Shown piece after piece: positions 22,662 to 35,053 of a stretch of DNA of 64,000 nucleotides. Under the pieces are notes generated by a model, which saw only the letters and a program-made list of their open reading frames with translations, did not search any database and was not told where the DNA came from. How positions within the stretch are numbered: position 1 is the first letter of the stretch; each line of letters opens with the position of its first letter. Made by a program: the position numbers and the translations under genes. Source of the stretch: Podarcis bocagei (lineage: Eukaryota); assembly GCA_964188305.1 (NCBI GenBank), contig OZ076892.1, one strand, 5' to 3'.

Positions 22662-24160
22662 CTAAGGGCAGAAAACAGAGCAGTCCTGCTGGATATCAAA
22701 CACGAGTTTAATGAATTCGAGAATCTGTTTGAAATTGTGTTGCCATATTTCATCAATCCCCAAAACTAAACATTAAAATATGTATATGGTATTTTGTACT
22801 TGAGTTCTCTTTTCGTGAAAGCTCTTTTTTTTGGGAGAGGCTAAATCTTCAATTATTTAAGCACTGAAACAAGAACACTGTAAAAACGGCTATGTTGGGA
22901 ACACATTTTGAATTCATTAAACTGCATACAACATTACAAGACATTGCTGTTCCTTTCTCTGACATTGCAACATGATGGCTTGATAAAAATTATGTAAAGA
23001 AAAAAACATTCATTGCTTCAGACCTCCTTGGCAATTTGCATTCAGAAAAAATTCTCTCATTAGATAGGTGTTTTAGCTCTTCTGTTTTGGATGTTCTGAA
23101 TAAGAATTAAGATACTTAAACCAAATGCCATTGTTGCCTTTTTGTATAGGAATTCGAAGTGTTTCAGATTCCTAAAGACACTGCTTGAGAAAGCAGAAAG
23201 TTTCCTGTTGTGAGGGAAAGTTACAGGGCACGCAAGACATATTTAACACCACTTGACAATCTCTTGGTCTTAAAATAAACTAAACATACTACACTCATAT
23301 ATGTAGGTAATGAATTTCAGTGGTCAAGTTTTGGTAGCCACTTGCCAAAGACAGCAGTGTTTTATGGTGGATTCAGTAGGTCCATTTTGATAGTGATTAA
23401 ACTCGCCATATGCAAAGCTCACTTCCCCATTAATGAAAAATATATGCAGCCAGCCAGCACATATTGAAAACTACATATGATCATGTGATCGGAGCATTCA
23501 CAGCATGAAAATAATGATCATATTAACCCAGGGTTTTTAACCTCTGCTTCTCAGACTGAACAAAATGCACTTCTACAAGCAGGCAAAATATATGCCCAAC
23601 AGCCGCTTGCAATGAATCCATTATACTTGTTTTTTGATTCAAATATTCAGCACCACACCTGAAATGTTACAGCCCAGCAGCAGATAAACCATGTCATCTT
23701 CAGCAGATGATGTGGGAACAGTATAACTTTCTATGTGTATGCGTGGATATACCATAGCAGTGAAAACGTAAACCATGTAAAGTGCTGGGTTTTAAAATGG
23801 GCTGCAGTGTTTAAGAGTGACAGATATTGACACGGCTATCTTTTCTACAAAAGAAAATCAAACGTAACAATATTTCTGAAGTAAGTGGATGTTTCACATT
23901 GCGCAACACAGGATTTGTAACTGCAACTATTATTTTTCACAAACATTAATGAATGAGGGTGTGATATTTCACTAAGGTAGCGTGAAATCCATCAACCAAA
24001 TTGATGTGGATTTGTATGATGGCGGGTGCACACACTCCTTAAAATCAAGAGCCAAGCACTGGGAAAAGATAAAACAGCAGCACCATAAGCAAAGACCATC
24101 AAAATGCAAATAAGACAGCACATGTCAAGCGGCACAGCTCCAAACCTCTATGCCCTTTAC

Positions 24161-24251
24161 CTGCTTCCCGTGGACTACCAAAGTTGTAATATGGGGGGCT
24201 AAAGAGGCAGCGAATTTCTGAATGTATGCCGCACTGCAGCGAAGCACCAAC
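24161..24251 (-). CDS. PHKB: PHKB mutually exclusive exon A (91 nt; muscle-type in mammals) (W)[30 protein letters not shown]
   Basis: catctag acceptor, gtaaag donor, phase 2/0; homologous to mammalian [31 protein letters not shown]. Confidence 0.92.
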
Positions 24252-24494
24252 CTAGATGTGGCATATGACAATTATGAAAGAGGAATTCAAGAGGAAGACC
24301 GTTTCCACATTTATTTTGTACAAAATATGCCTAGTGATCCAGGGACTTTAGAGAGCTAGTTAGGCATGTCCGAGAAGAATGGTGTGTGCGCGTCTTGAGA
24401 ACCAGAAACTGAAACACCCACTGGGGACGCTGAACTAGCCATGACATTCTTTAGAAGTGATTTACAGTATTCCGACATGTTGTTAGGAAGATAT

Positions 24495-24720
24495 GGCCGT
24501 AAGAAGGGCTTGCTGGATCAGGCCAGTGGCCCATCTAGTTCAGCATCCTGTTCTCACAGTGGCCATTCTAGATGCTTATCCTATGGGAAGCCTGCCAGCA
24601 GGGCCGGAACACAAGAGGACTCTCCCATCCTGTGGTTTCCAGCAACTGGAATCCAAAAGCACACTGTCTCTGACAGTGGAGGTAGGGCATAGTCAACGAG
24701 ATGGTAGCTGCTGACAGCTT
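24495..24720. mobile_element. CR1-like LINE 3' remnant
   Basis: GTAAGAAG..CTTGCTGGATCAGGCCAGTGGCCCATCTAGTTCAGCATCCTGTTCTCACAGTGGCC; related pieces at about 4130-4320 and 53660-53830. Confidence 0.6.
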
Positions 24721-25200
24721 TTTAGACAACTACAGGGAGAACAGGCCACAATAGCTAAATGGAACCCCATGTACATAGTTATCTTTCCGGATCCCAGATG
24801 CTGCAGACAAACAAGGGGAAATAGCTGCCACTTTCATGGTCTCCTTGGGAACACCCAGAGAAATATGACTGGTCACTGCTGTTAACGAAATGCTGAGCCA
24901 GACACAGCATTTATTATTCTGGCCACTGACTGGCTTACTGGGAGCATCTCAGTTTAATTCCATTCTGAGACAGAAACAGGTTTCCAAAAGAAGATCACTA
25001 GACTCCTTTCCTTGCACAGCTGAGGTATCAGAGGAGCCCATTCAAAAGACTGATGGCCAGACAGCTGCACATTCCTCCTGTTTTACTGTACATCTAATTC
25101 TAAAGGTATTGGGGTGAAGCAATGACATGGGAAGCAAGGCATCAAAGCAATCATAACTGGGTAGGAAATACAGATGACACGCGTGAACCTTAAAAATAAT

Positions 25201-25441
25201 GGCTTGTATCCAAGACAGCAGTAAGCAATTATCAGTGCAAGGATTTCTGCCTGCACAAAAGGACTTTCCCCCTCTCCTCTCCTTCTAAATCTGTTCTGCA
25301 GACTCCCCCAACCCTTAAAAGCAGATCTTGGGAGAGCATTGGGAAAGGAAGCAGGGGGCAGGGCAGGGAAGAGTTCCATTGTGCAAGCAGAAATCCTTGT
25401 GCTGATGGGACAGTTACTTAGTGCTGCACTGGATACATGCC
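25201..25441. mobile_element. Palindromic MITE (PIF/Harbinger-like)
   Basis: Ends GGCTTGTATCCA / TGGATACATGCC; inner arms CAAGGATTTCTGCCTGCACAA / TTGTGCAAGCAGAAATCCTTG. Confidence 0.7.
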
Positions 25442-26055
25442 AACATGTATTTTAAAGGGCTTAGCAAAAGCAGTTTTAGCAAGTCAGTAATTCCCAAAGT
25501 GAAAAGAATGGGTCCTATCTAATTCATAACATCCACGCTGCAGTAATCAAAAGAGTTTTTTAATAGTGGAAGTTGTCTGTTAATGCCATCTTTCTTGGTT
25601 GTTTTCCCTCTTTTTCTCTTAACCAGCACTCTACAATGTGATTCATCCTATAGGTGCTATCAGGACTCAGTCAGTTTTCAACAGCAGCGCTCACTTCTGA
25701 ATATTGTGAAGAAGAGATGAAAGTGTTCCTCACCAGATGCAGAGTGCACTTACCACTGAATAACTATAGAGAATCCTTCAGCATCAGATATTAAGGGGAA
25801 GAGCCTCCAGATAATATACCAGTGTTCCAGCCAGAACTTAAGACCCCACCTTCCTTTTTCTACAAACTTAAGTAATGGCTGCACACAGCCGGAAGAGGAA
25901 CAAAAACACATTATTAAAGTGTATGCATTAGAACCCCGCCCCCCAAATGTAGCTCATTTACTTAAATTGCAGAGAACTAGATGTAAACGTGTAGCGCAGA
26001 ATTCAACGAACATAGTGCAAAAATATTAACAAGAAGTTGAACACTAAATACAAAC

Positions 26056-26113
26056 CAGAGCTTTCTGCTGCCAGCTTTTCGATAGATTCTTTCAATCTGG
26101 TCAGAGACTGTAC
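26056..26113 (-). CDS. PHKB: PHKB exon (58 nt) (G)TVSDQIERIYRKAGSRKL(W)
   Basis: attag acceptor, gtttgt donor, phase 1/2. Confidence 0.94.
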
Positions 26114-26771
26114 CTAATTCACAAGTAAAGTGAAAAAGAGAAAAAGAAAGGAAAAGAAGGTGGAGAGGTTACACTGCAGCTGGATAATGAGTTTGATCTA
26201 TGCTGTAAGCTCATTTCATCTTGCTGTGTAAGGGCAGCACTGCCAATTCTGTCCACAATATGAAATACCTGATGGACCCCACTTTCCCATTTATGAATAT
26301 GCAAGAGCATAAATGTATGTGCATACGCGCATTTTGCTTACGTACTTCATTGGTTTCTGGCAGAAAACAGATGAGCAACAGGTATCCTTTGGCAATTGTA
26401 ACCTACGGAGCTTGCCCTTATCATTCGTAAGCTAATGTACAGTTATGTAGCTAAGCAGTTAGAATACCAATTGCTAATGTTTTTACTAAGGTGAGCCTTT
26501 TGTGCGATGCAGGCCTGTAGTTGCTTTGTGATTCTGCACTAACAAAGCAATAGTTAAGCCTCTTCCAAAGCCCTTATTTGTACAGTTTCTTCAAACTGGG
26601 CCACAAGAGTCATTTTGATGGAGCTTGTCAGAGAAGCTAAAAATGGAGCAAACCAGCTGGACTGAATTACCCAATTGCTAAGAATCCCAGTGCAGATTTG
26701 CACTATAACCCGACTGAAGAATTTCACTCCTAGTTTCTATTAGTTATATAATATTACTTGTTATATAGTTT

Positions 26772-26808
<37 letters not shown>

Positions 26809-26869
26809 GCTTCCTGTAACATAACAAGGGGGAGAATCAATCAATTGGTACGAAAACTAAACAGGTTTT

Positions 26870-27270
26870 TGAGGCTAGACAATGCGTTCTATGGAGATCT
26901 GTCTTTAAAGTCCAGAAGCTCCAGCTGGTTGAAAATGCAGCCACTGTGGTCCAGATGGGTGTATGGACATCACATTCAAGAACACATGTAATATACTAGC
27001 TGTACTGGCCTTCAATACATTTCCAGCCCCAATTTAATTGACTGGGCCCAAACTACTTAATGGAAGGTCTACGACCATCCTGCTCGCACAATGAGATCTC
27101 AATCAGAGGCCCTCTTGGTGTGTCCACCCCCAGGTTTGTAAAGTGGGCATCCATGATAGAAAGGGCCTTTTTGGTGGTGGCTCCACACCTTTGGCACTCT
27201 CTCCTAGTAGAGATGAAGCAGATGGCTGCACCTCTGACTTTTTGGCCTAAAGATTGACCTTTCATGAGTA
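26870..27270 (+). mobile_element. L2-like LINE remnant
   Basis: Degraded 'QKLQLVxNAA' and 'RAFLVVAPHLWHSL' RT-tail sequence; a similar piece lies at about 37740-37870. Confidence 0.6.
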
Positions 27271-28350
27271 TTTTTTCCTCCTGCTCACTGGATGGAGTTT
27301 AGAATACTGTTATGTCATTGGAGTTCAGAATCTGTTTTATTTTGGGGGTTTTTTGTAATATTGATTTTATTTTTACTTATATGCTAAGCTACTTGTATGG
27401 AAAAATAGACACAAAGAGGAATAATAATAATTTTATTTGTTTAGCTGTAAGCCATAAGGAAGGCATTCAGAACTGAGAACTGAGCCATAAATTTGGCTCT
27501 TGATTTCTTAAGTTGCCAATGCAAGTAAGCACTCAAACTCACTTGGTGTAGTAAATTCTCCCTGTGGCTAAACTCAGACAGATACTTTTTATATAAAGGA
27601 CAAAGTAAGACAAAATAAATAAGATCTATGAACCAGCCATTCTGATACTGATTTATGTTTTTCATTAGCAACACGGGGATGGTCATCATGATGCAATCAG
27701 CTACCTCTGGAAAATGGAAAGGAATTTATCTCCTTAGTCACAGAGAGATACATTTTAAACAGATGTGACATTGATCCAAAAGTTTGAATATGTTCCCCTT
27801 TATTGCACAAACTGTTTTTGGCAGACAAGGTGTAACACATTTGCAAAATATTATCATTGAGATGTTTTGCAAAATGTGTTACATTTTAAAGAAAGAGAGG
27901 ACTAATATATGGGGGGGCGGGTGCTGCACCTGTGAATTGATCTGTGTCTCTGCACTTCTTAATGCAGTGCAGCCAGTTTTAAAAACTGTATTAAGCTTCC
28001 AACAGCAACATTAAAATAACACATTTGTATAGAAAACCAATGTGAAGATTCTACAATTTCAAACATGCACAACCTGCATTCCAGCTTCACCTTACCATAG
28101 CAAATGAAACCTTCTTCCCCCACAAACCACATGCTCAGAATTATAAACAGGCAACCATATGGTGTACAGACTATTTAAGAGAGTTAATACATTTAACGGT
28201 TCATTCCACTCTACAGTGTACGAATGCATGTTTCCCATTTTAAATTGAAAGTGCTTTAATGGAGAGGAAAATAGCAACACAACTTGCAGTGTGCATACCC
28301 ATTATTCATGTTCATCTATGGATGTGCAAAATTGCCTCCTGCAATCATAC

Positions 28351-28432
28351 CTTCCTTGGTGATGAAATTCGGGCCTTCTCTTTTGAGCAAAATGTTCAGC
28401 AGAATTGCTTGGCTTGCTAGGCAGTTGCAGTC
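28351..28432 (-). CDS. PHKB: PHKB exon (82 nt) [27 protein letters not shown](G)
   Basis: tatcag acceptor, gtatga donor, phase 0/1. Confidence 0.96.
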
Positions 28433-29270
28433 CTGATAAGGAACAGCCATAAAATGTAAATCAATAGCAAGGAAATGCCAAATGTTACAGGTTTAAGTTG
28501 CTTTTCATTGATGCTATGTACACAAAACCAGGTGTGTTTAAGGAAGGCGTCTCTTCGGAAATTTCAACTCTCTAGCTCATTTCCTATGGTGATAATGGCA
28601 CTTAACAGGAAAAAAGACTCAGTCTATGTGAAGGAATGCTCACTTGAAAGCTTCCAGATCTATATAACAAAGTCAGAAAAATTGTAGGACATCCTGAGTG
28701 GTAAATGTTACTCTGTGGTTCTATACCACCAAACTCTAGCCTGAAGTCCTCCAGATGTTATGGATCATAACCCCTCTAAACTCCAGCCAGAATTTCCAGG
28801 GGTCAAAAATGATAGAAATTGCAGTCCAAAACATCAGGAGAGCACCAGGTTGGGGAAAGCTGGTCTTAATCCCTAAATGAGTTATAGGCAAGGACTTCCA
28901 AGATTTATGAAAGATTACCATAGTGAAATTAAACACTGGATTCTCCCAGATTCTATCCCTGACATTGCAGTTCCTTAGAGAAACCTCTACAGTGCTTGTG
29001 GTAAAACATGCTAAGTACCCAATCTGAAGACCTCTGGATCAGATAGGGTAAACTCTATGTTTCCTCCTGTATTATCATCACCTTTCATATTTTCTGTTTT
29101 GACAAAAAGGTGAGGTTTGGGAATATTTCATGAACATTCCCGCTTGCTTAGATTAAATAAAACAGATTGTGTAGGATGCATGCCAGTGTCTATCCTCTTC
29201 AGTGAGCTGCATGCCTTAAGAGAAAAGCACAGATGGGTCGCAGTATATTTAGTTTTTCCTTTATACTTAC

Positions 29271-29433
29271 ATTCAGTTTCTGAAGAATCTCATAAGTCGG
29301 CCTGTTTTTCCAGTCATTAGCATTAATATCTGGCTGTTGTTCCAGTTCAGTCAAGTGTGGTGTGCTGGTTTGTCTCTTTACTTTTGAATGTTTTGGGAGG
29401 TCAAGCTCCTCAAAACTCTTAAATTCTGGAGGC
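29271..29433 (-). CDS. PHKB: PHKB exon (163 nt) (E)[54 protein letters not shown]
   Basis: ctgcag acceptor, gtaagt donor; visible in ORF 29199..29477. Confidence 0.96.
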
Positions 29434-29592
29434 CTGCAGAAAGACAATATTGAAATCTCCCAAATCCAGTGAAACATTTTAACTATAAATCTTTGTAATT
29501 TGATTTGGTGGTGGTGGTGGGGAATCTAGTGAGGGGGCTTTGGGATGCTATAGGTTAATGTCCTACTGTAATTTGATTTCAAGCATACATAC

Positions 29593-29654
29593 TCTTCTGT
29601 GTCACTTATTCTTAAGAAATCCAGTTGTTCAACAACTGCTCCAGAAATTATTGT
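29593..29654 (-). CDS. PHKB: PHKB exon (62 nt) [20 protein letters not shown](E)
   Basis: ttacag acceptor, gtatgt donor, phase 0/2. Confidence 0.95.
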
Positions 29655-30620
29655 CTGTAATAGAGAAGAAAGGGAATAGGAGAGTAATAATAAAAGTTAG
29701 CAAAGACATTACACTGCCCTCGTATAGGATGATCTAGAAAGACTTAACTAAGTGAGATATATAGAAGCTATTCCCTCCAACTAAAGCTTTAAAAATATAT
29801 ATGCTAATGAATGTTCCCATCTTCAGGCATGGTGCCAGGTTGTTCCAGGTGAGACTAGAGAACTGCAGCTTTATGTTCCCTGATGTTGTAAGTGGCATGG
29901 GCAGGGGAATGAATTAGGACAGACCTGACTGGGAATGACCGAGCTCATGTCCACTAGATAACAAGGAGTGGCCAGCAGCACCATCACTTATTCTCCAGCT
30001 TCCCGTCTTGTCCACTCTTGGGATCAGCAAATACATTAACACTACACACCACTGTGGATGTGGGTTGAACACAGGCTAATGACATGTGTCTTGTATGTTA
30101 TTGTTTTGTTTGTTACTGTGTTATATATGTTTAATTTTTATACTGATCTTCTGATAAAGCACTGTATAGAAATATAATGAACAAATGAACAAGGCAAGGA
30201 AGACTTTCTTGCTACCCGTGCTCACTAACCTTGGAAGTATGGGCACACCTACCTTGCTCCATGCTGGTCTTGCTTAGGGTCACTTATTGCACACTGTTTA
30301 TCAGCTGCAATTTTCCAAGCAAGGGTGATTTGGAGTAGGGCTTTTAAGAGGTAAGTGGCAAGGAGAATTTGTGAGCAACAAAGGGGTGGGGTGGGGATCT
30401 TCTTAATAAGGCTAAGGAGCCCAAATTGGTTATGTAACTGGAGAGGGGGCTTAGAACTATGTCCCCAAGAGGCTGGAAAAAAAGAGAGCAAATCTCAACC
30501 TGCAATGGCATCTTCCCTGGTGAACCAGCCAACAGGTGAGTGGTGCTAGTGCAACCTACAGTATATGCTATATCCTCCTGTCCCTGCCTTGGGGGTGCCT
30601 AACTATTTTGGATGTTGGTA

Positions 30621-30897
30621 AAGGTAAAGGGACCCCTGACCACTAGGTCCAGTCATGACCGACTCTGGGGTTGCGGCACTCATCTCGTTTTACTGGCCGA
30701 GGGAGCCGGCGTACAGCTTCCAGGTCATGTGGCCAGCATGACTAGGCCACTTGTGGCGAACCAGAGCAGCACATGGAAACGCCATTTACCTTCCTGCCAC
30801 AGCGGTACCTATTTATCTACTTGCACTTTGATGTGCTTTCGAACTGCTAAGTTGGCAGGAGCAGGGACCGAGCAATGGGAGCTCACCCCATCACAAC
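30621..30897 (-). mobile_element. Sauria SINE, 5'-truncated, flanked by a 62-bp direct repeat
   Basis: Highly similar to 5583-5935 but lacks the tRNA head; flanks 30559-30620 and 30898-30959 differ at one base. Confidence 0.92.
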
Positions 30898-33186
30898 CAG
30901 TATATGCTATATCCTCCTGTCCCTGCCTTTGGGGTGCCTAACTATTTTGGATGTTGGTACTTTTGCATTAAAATTGTGGTCTTTGACATCCCAAACTGAG
31001 GTATGATTCTGCTTTGTTGACTCATTCTGGGCACAGACCAAGGAGTCACTGAAGCCGGTTAAAGCATAGTAAAGAAGTTAGGAATGCACAGAGCCTTCTA
31101 GAAGCACTCCAGTACATGATGCAAACAAATTCTTTAGTAGCAGATTACTTGGATTATATTCTCGGAAATAGGATATGCATCCCTGAAGGGCCCTGCATTG
31201 CTGCCACTGCAGTTGGTTCCCCCAAGAAACAAGTCTTCCTGGATTTTTGCCTCTCAGCATGTGGCCATAAATCACATATTGCCCAAGCAGTCTTTCAGAG
31301 CACTTACAGGTCACAGGGTAGTGAAGTTGTCCTTTAACTCAGAGGTCCTTAAAAATATGTTAATGCTATTGCTCATGGTGTTGTATTCCTTCTCATATAG
31401 TAAGGGAGGGCTATAAAAAGCCCATTCTGGATGTATCTTGGGGAGTGAATGGGGGAGGCAGTAAAGATCTGTGCAGCATCTACCCACTGCTCGCTTACTT
31501 TACTCATGGAGCAAGGAAGTTTGGCAATGGATTGATGTGCTCTTCTCAGACTGAAACTAGGGACTAGGTTTCTGCAGGGGAGAAGTTAAAAGACAAAGAC
31601 AAAAACAAAAACAGAAAAGCCCCTCAGGTCACAAGCACACTATACTTTTAAAGGACTTTTATATCACATTAACCTCAATGACTTTCCAAAAGAAAATTCT
31701 GGGAAATGTAGTCTGCTGAGGGTCCTGAGAGTTGTTTGGAGACCCCTATTCCCCTCACAAAGCTACAATCTACAAAGTGATGTAACAATCAATCCCTCTG
31801 CCCATGGAACTCTGGGAATTGAAGCTGTTTGAGGGGGGAAAGTCTCAGCACTCTAAGAAATCCTACCAAGAGCAGCCCCCTGCCTTTTTAATAGTATTGA
31901 ATCTTAGTACCTTATGCACCTTGGCCTGAAAGGAGCCCAGCATGTCCTTGGCATCCATTGAAATGGGGTTAACCTTGGACCAGGCACTCCAGAACAATAA
32001 AAGCTTTCAAATTAGTGCTATGCATCTTGTTGGCCAAGACCCTCTGAGAGGAAAACAGAGTACAGTAACTTCCCAGGTAAATGCTTCTGGGTTAGCCAGA
32101 GCATCTCAGCCTCCAGGATATCAGATGGAGGAGCTTTGGCCAAAAATGCGTTGTTGGGCCCTGAACGATGTTCTCTTCCACTGGAAGATGTTACAATTTC
32201 CAGACTGATATGTTCATCAGGTCCAGAAACTAGGACCTCCTTGGCCAATACAGAGCCACAAAGATGACTTCTGAATCAGAGAAAAGGGAGGGAATGCCTA
32301 CATCAGAGCTGATGGCCACTCCAGCTCCAAAACATCCAAATCCAAGGCATCCTGTGGTCAGCAAGATCTGGTGAGGGCTGTATGGTACAGACATGACCTA
32401 TATCTCCAAAAGGGGGCTCACAAAGATATTGTTTCCTACACAAAGGCAGGAAGGCCAGATCCCTTCCTCTTAGCAGTTAGGATTTTTATTTTGAGTCCAA
32501 GCCAAGAGGAGACAGTATCCTGGATACTGACTGACCTCCAGGTGCCTTTAGGAAAATACCTCCATATTTAATTAGCCTAGTCTTCTTCTAACAACATGCT
32601 GTGCTACAGATATATAAAGCATACATCTAAGACTTTATTAGGCTTTCCTCTCTTTTTTTCCTTCTCCCTAACCCTGCCAGCTGAATTCTCTGCACAAATA
32701 TTTATGTGCTATTGGAGAACAATGCTGCACTTTATGCTATCAATATTTTATTAGGCACCCATACCATTTGCTATTAATTCATCAAGTAGTCACATAACTT
32801 TTTGGCAGGGGGATATTTCCAATTAAACCTGTTTTTAAGGTCTTTTTGTTAAAAAGGGTTTCAAAGTAGTGAAGGAAAGGAAACAGATTCAGGTACAGTG
32901 AAACTTATGTAAGAAAAAATATTTTGATAGCAATGCCACCACAATAGGATACTGAATGGAATGCAAAGACACGGTGGTTTGGTTGGGGGTTTTGTTTAAT
33001 GCCGATGCTGCTTTTTTCTGTTTAACTTGCGTATTCCCCTTGAGCACAAATTACAGGCTGCAAATGTGAAAATTATGGCTAAGACAGGGAACCTTATAAA
33101 TTTTGCAGCTGAAACGGATGGAAATATTGTTATGCAAATATTGCAAGCTAAGATTATGCAGCTTTCCCATGAATTAACATCTAAAA

Positions 33187-33189
<3 letters not shown>

Positions 33190-33232
<43 letters not shown>
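33190..33232. repeat. (AT)n microsatellite
   Basis: Direct reading. Confidence 0.95.
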
Positions 33233-33235
<3 letters not shown>

Positions 33236-34792
33236 TGCATACAAATGCAAAAGCTGGAAGTAAATTATGAACATGCAGTATATATTCCCTTTAATAGATA
33301 ATGCATTATCGGCATTTCACAATCTCAGTATTTCAGTTTTCCCTCCTCGTTTTAATGAAATGGACGCTATCCAAGACACGACACAAGATTAATTTAGGAA
33401 ATTAATGATTAGCAAAAGGAAATGCAGCATGATTAAAACTTGAGGAATTTAGTGTGCAAAGATCAAGTTGATCATGCCAGTGTGACTCCAGCAACCAATC
33501 CCAAACTCTTAATTGCTGAGAGTTCTGCAAACAACCCCCCCAACACACACATCAGCAGATCTAAGCACTCTAGTAGTTTCAAAAGGCAAGGAATAGAAAT
33601 ACAGCACCGCCGAACCACACTTTCCCCCCATAGAAAACCTGAACTGATGTTTGCTCCAATTCAGCTTCAAAGAATGGGTTTTCTTGGGGAAAACTTGGGG
33701 CCAAAACTAACAAAGAAACACACACATACACACACACACACACAGACACACACACACACACACACACACTATGCTCCAGCACAGAGCATTGGAGCATGGA
33801 TCTCTAGCTGGAAAGAGTAAAGGTGGGTGTGGGTAAGCCCTGTGTTTCTTCAGAAAATGAGAAAGGGCCCTCAAAGTTCCCTGAAATGGGCACCTGTGTT
33901 GGGTCCCTGATCAGAAGCGAGTAGGTGGGTCAAAGGGTGGGTGGGGCAGAGGAGCCAGACTTGAAAGAATGGGACAGGGCTCTGCACATGCACAGGAACC
34001 CTGGAAACTATAGAGCCGGCACCTAACTGTCAAAGCCAATTCGACAGGCACACCTTGTGCAGTGAAGCACAAGGTGGAGAGGCAAGGCAGTTTCTACAAC
34101 AGCATACCATCATATAACTGATTATGTCCAACTTACAGTCATGCTTTCTTGAAGATGTTTTTTAAAAAATACACTACGGTGCAATGAAGCTGAGGTCACC
34201 TTCAAGAACTTGTATGTAGAGATGAAAGCATAAAGCAGATCTTGATTAAAAATTAGCCCATTTTTTAAAGTTAATACCCACCATGAATAAACACACTACA
34301 TAAACAGCAACAACCGTCAAAGAAATAAAACATTCTTCTAAAATGCTTATTAATTATTAAGTAAATCTACATGGAAAGGTAATGGGGGAAGGAGAACAAG
34401 TGTTCTCTGAGGATGTTGAATTAGCCCCGCTTTAAAAGAATAACACACTTTGTAGCATAGGACTGAGAAAAGTCCCATATGATAGTATGGCTTTTAATCA
34501 GATAAAAGATTACTAAATAAAAAAGAAAGGATGCAAATTCCCCTGATGTCTGGAAATAATAAAGCATGCACACGTATGAGCCACACATATTACTGTAAGA
34601 TTTTATCCCAGCAGGAACAAAATAAAGATAATTAAAACCAACAGGACCACCTAAACTACTGTACTTTCTGTCTCTCTGTATTTCAGGGCAGGATGAGCAA
34701 TGAGAAACAGCTCGTCTGGTTTCCAAAAACAGCAGCAATCAAATTTCGTTTGGCAAGGCTACATAGTTGCACGTACAAAAAGGCCAACTTAC

Positions 34793-34883
34793 CTGTAGCC
34801 TGTCAACATGAACCTTTACTCCACCAACAACTCCCTTCTTGAAACTGGCCAGCATGTCAAGTATCGGATTGAATCTGCTTCCC
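34793..34883 (-). CDS. PHKB: PHKB exon (91 nt) (R)[30 protein letters not shown]
   Basis: cttag acceptor after an 87-nt intron, gtaagt donor; visible in ORF 34739..34930. Confidence 0.96.
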
Positions 34884-34970
34884 CTAAGAGTTGGAAAATG
34901 AAATGCATCAATAGGGCAAACTTGAACCATCTAGAAGTGATAGGAGTTTTTGCATCTGTTGAGCGCTTAC

Positions 34971-35053
34971 CTTATATTGTCCTCCCGAATAAGCACAAGG
35001 AACAGGGGGCGGCCATGCATTTTCCAGTACTGTTTAATGAACTGCAAAGCATT
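34971..35053 (-). CDS. PHKB: PHKB exon (83 nt) [27 protein letters not shown](R)
   Basis: atgcag acceptor, gtaagc donor, phase 0/2. Confidence 0.96.

Noticed and set aside
30249-30491. PLQLHNQF motif resembling a CR1/L2 ORF1 'LxNRF' motif
   Set aside because: Too short and degraded to support a call.
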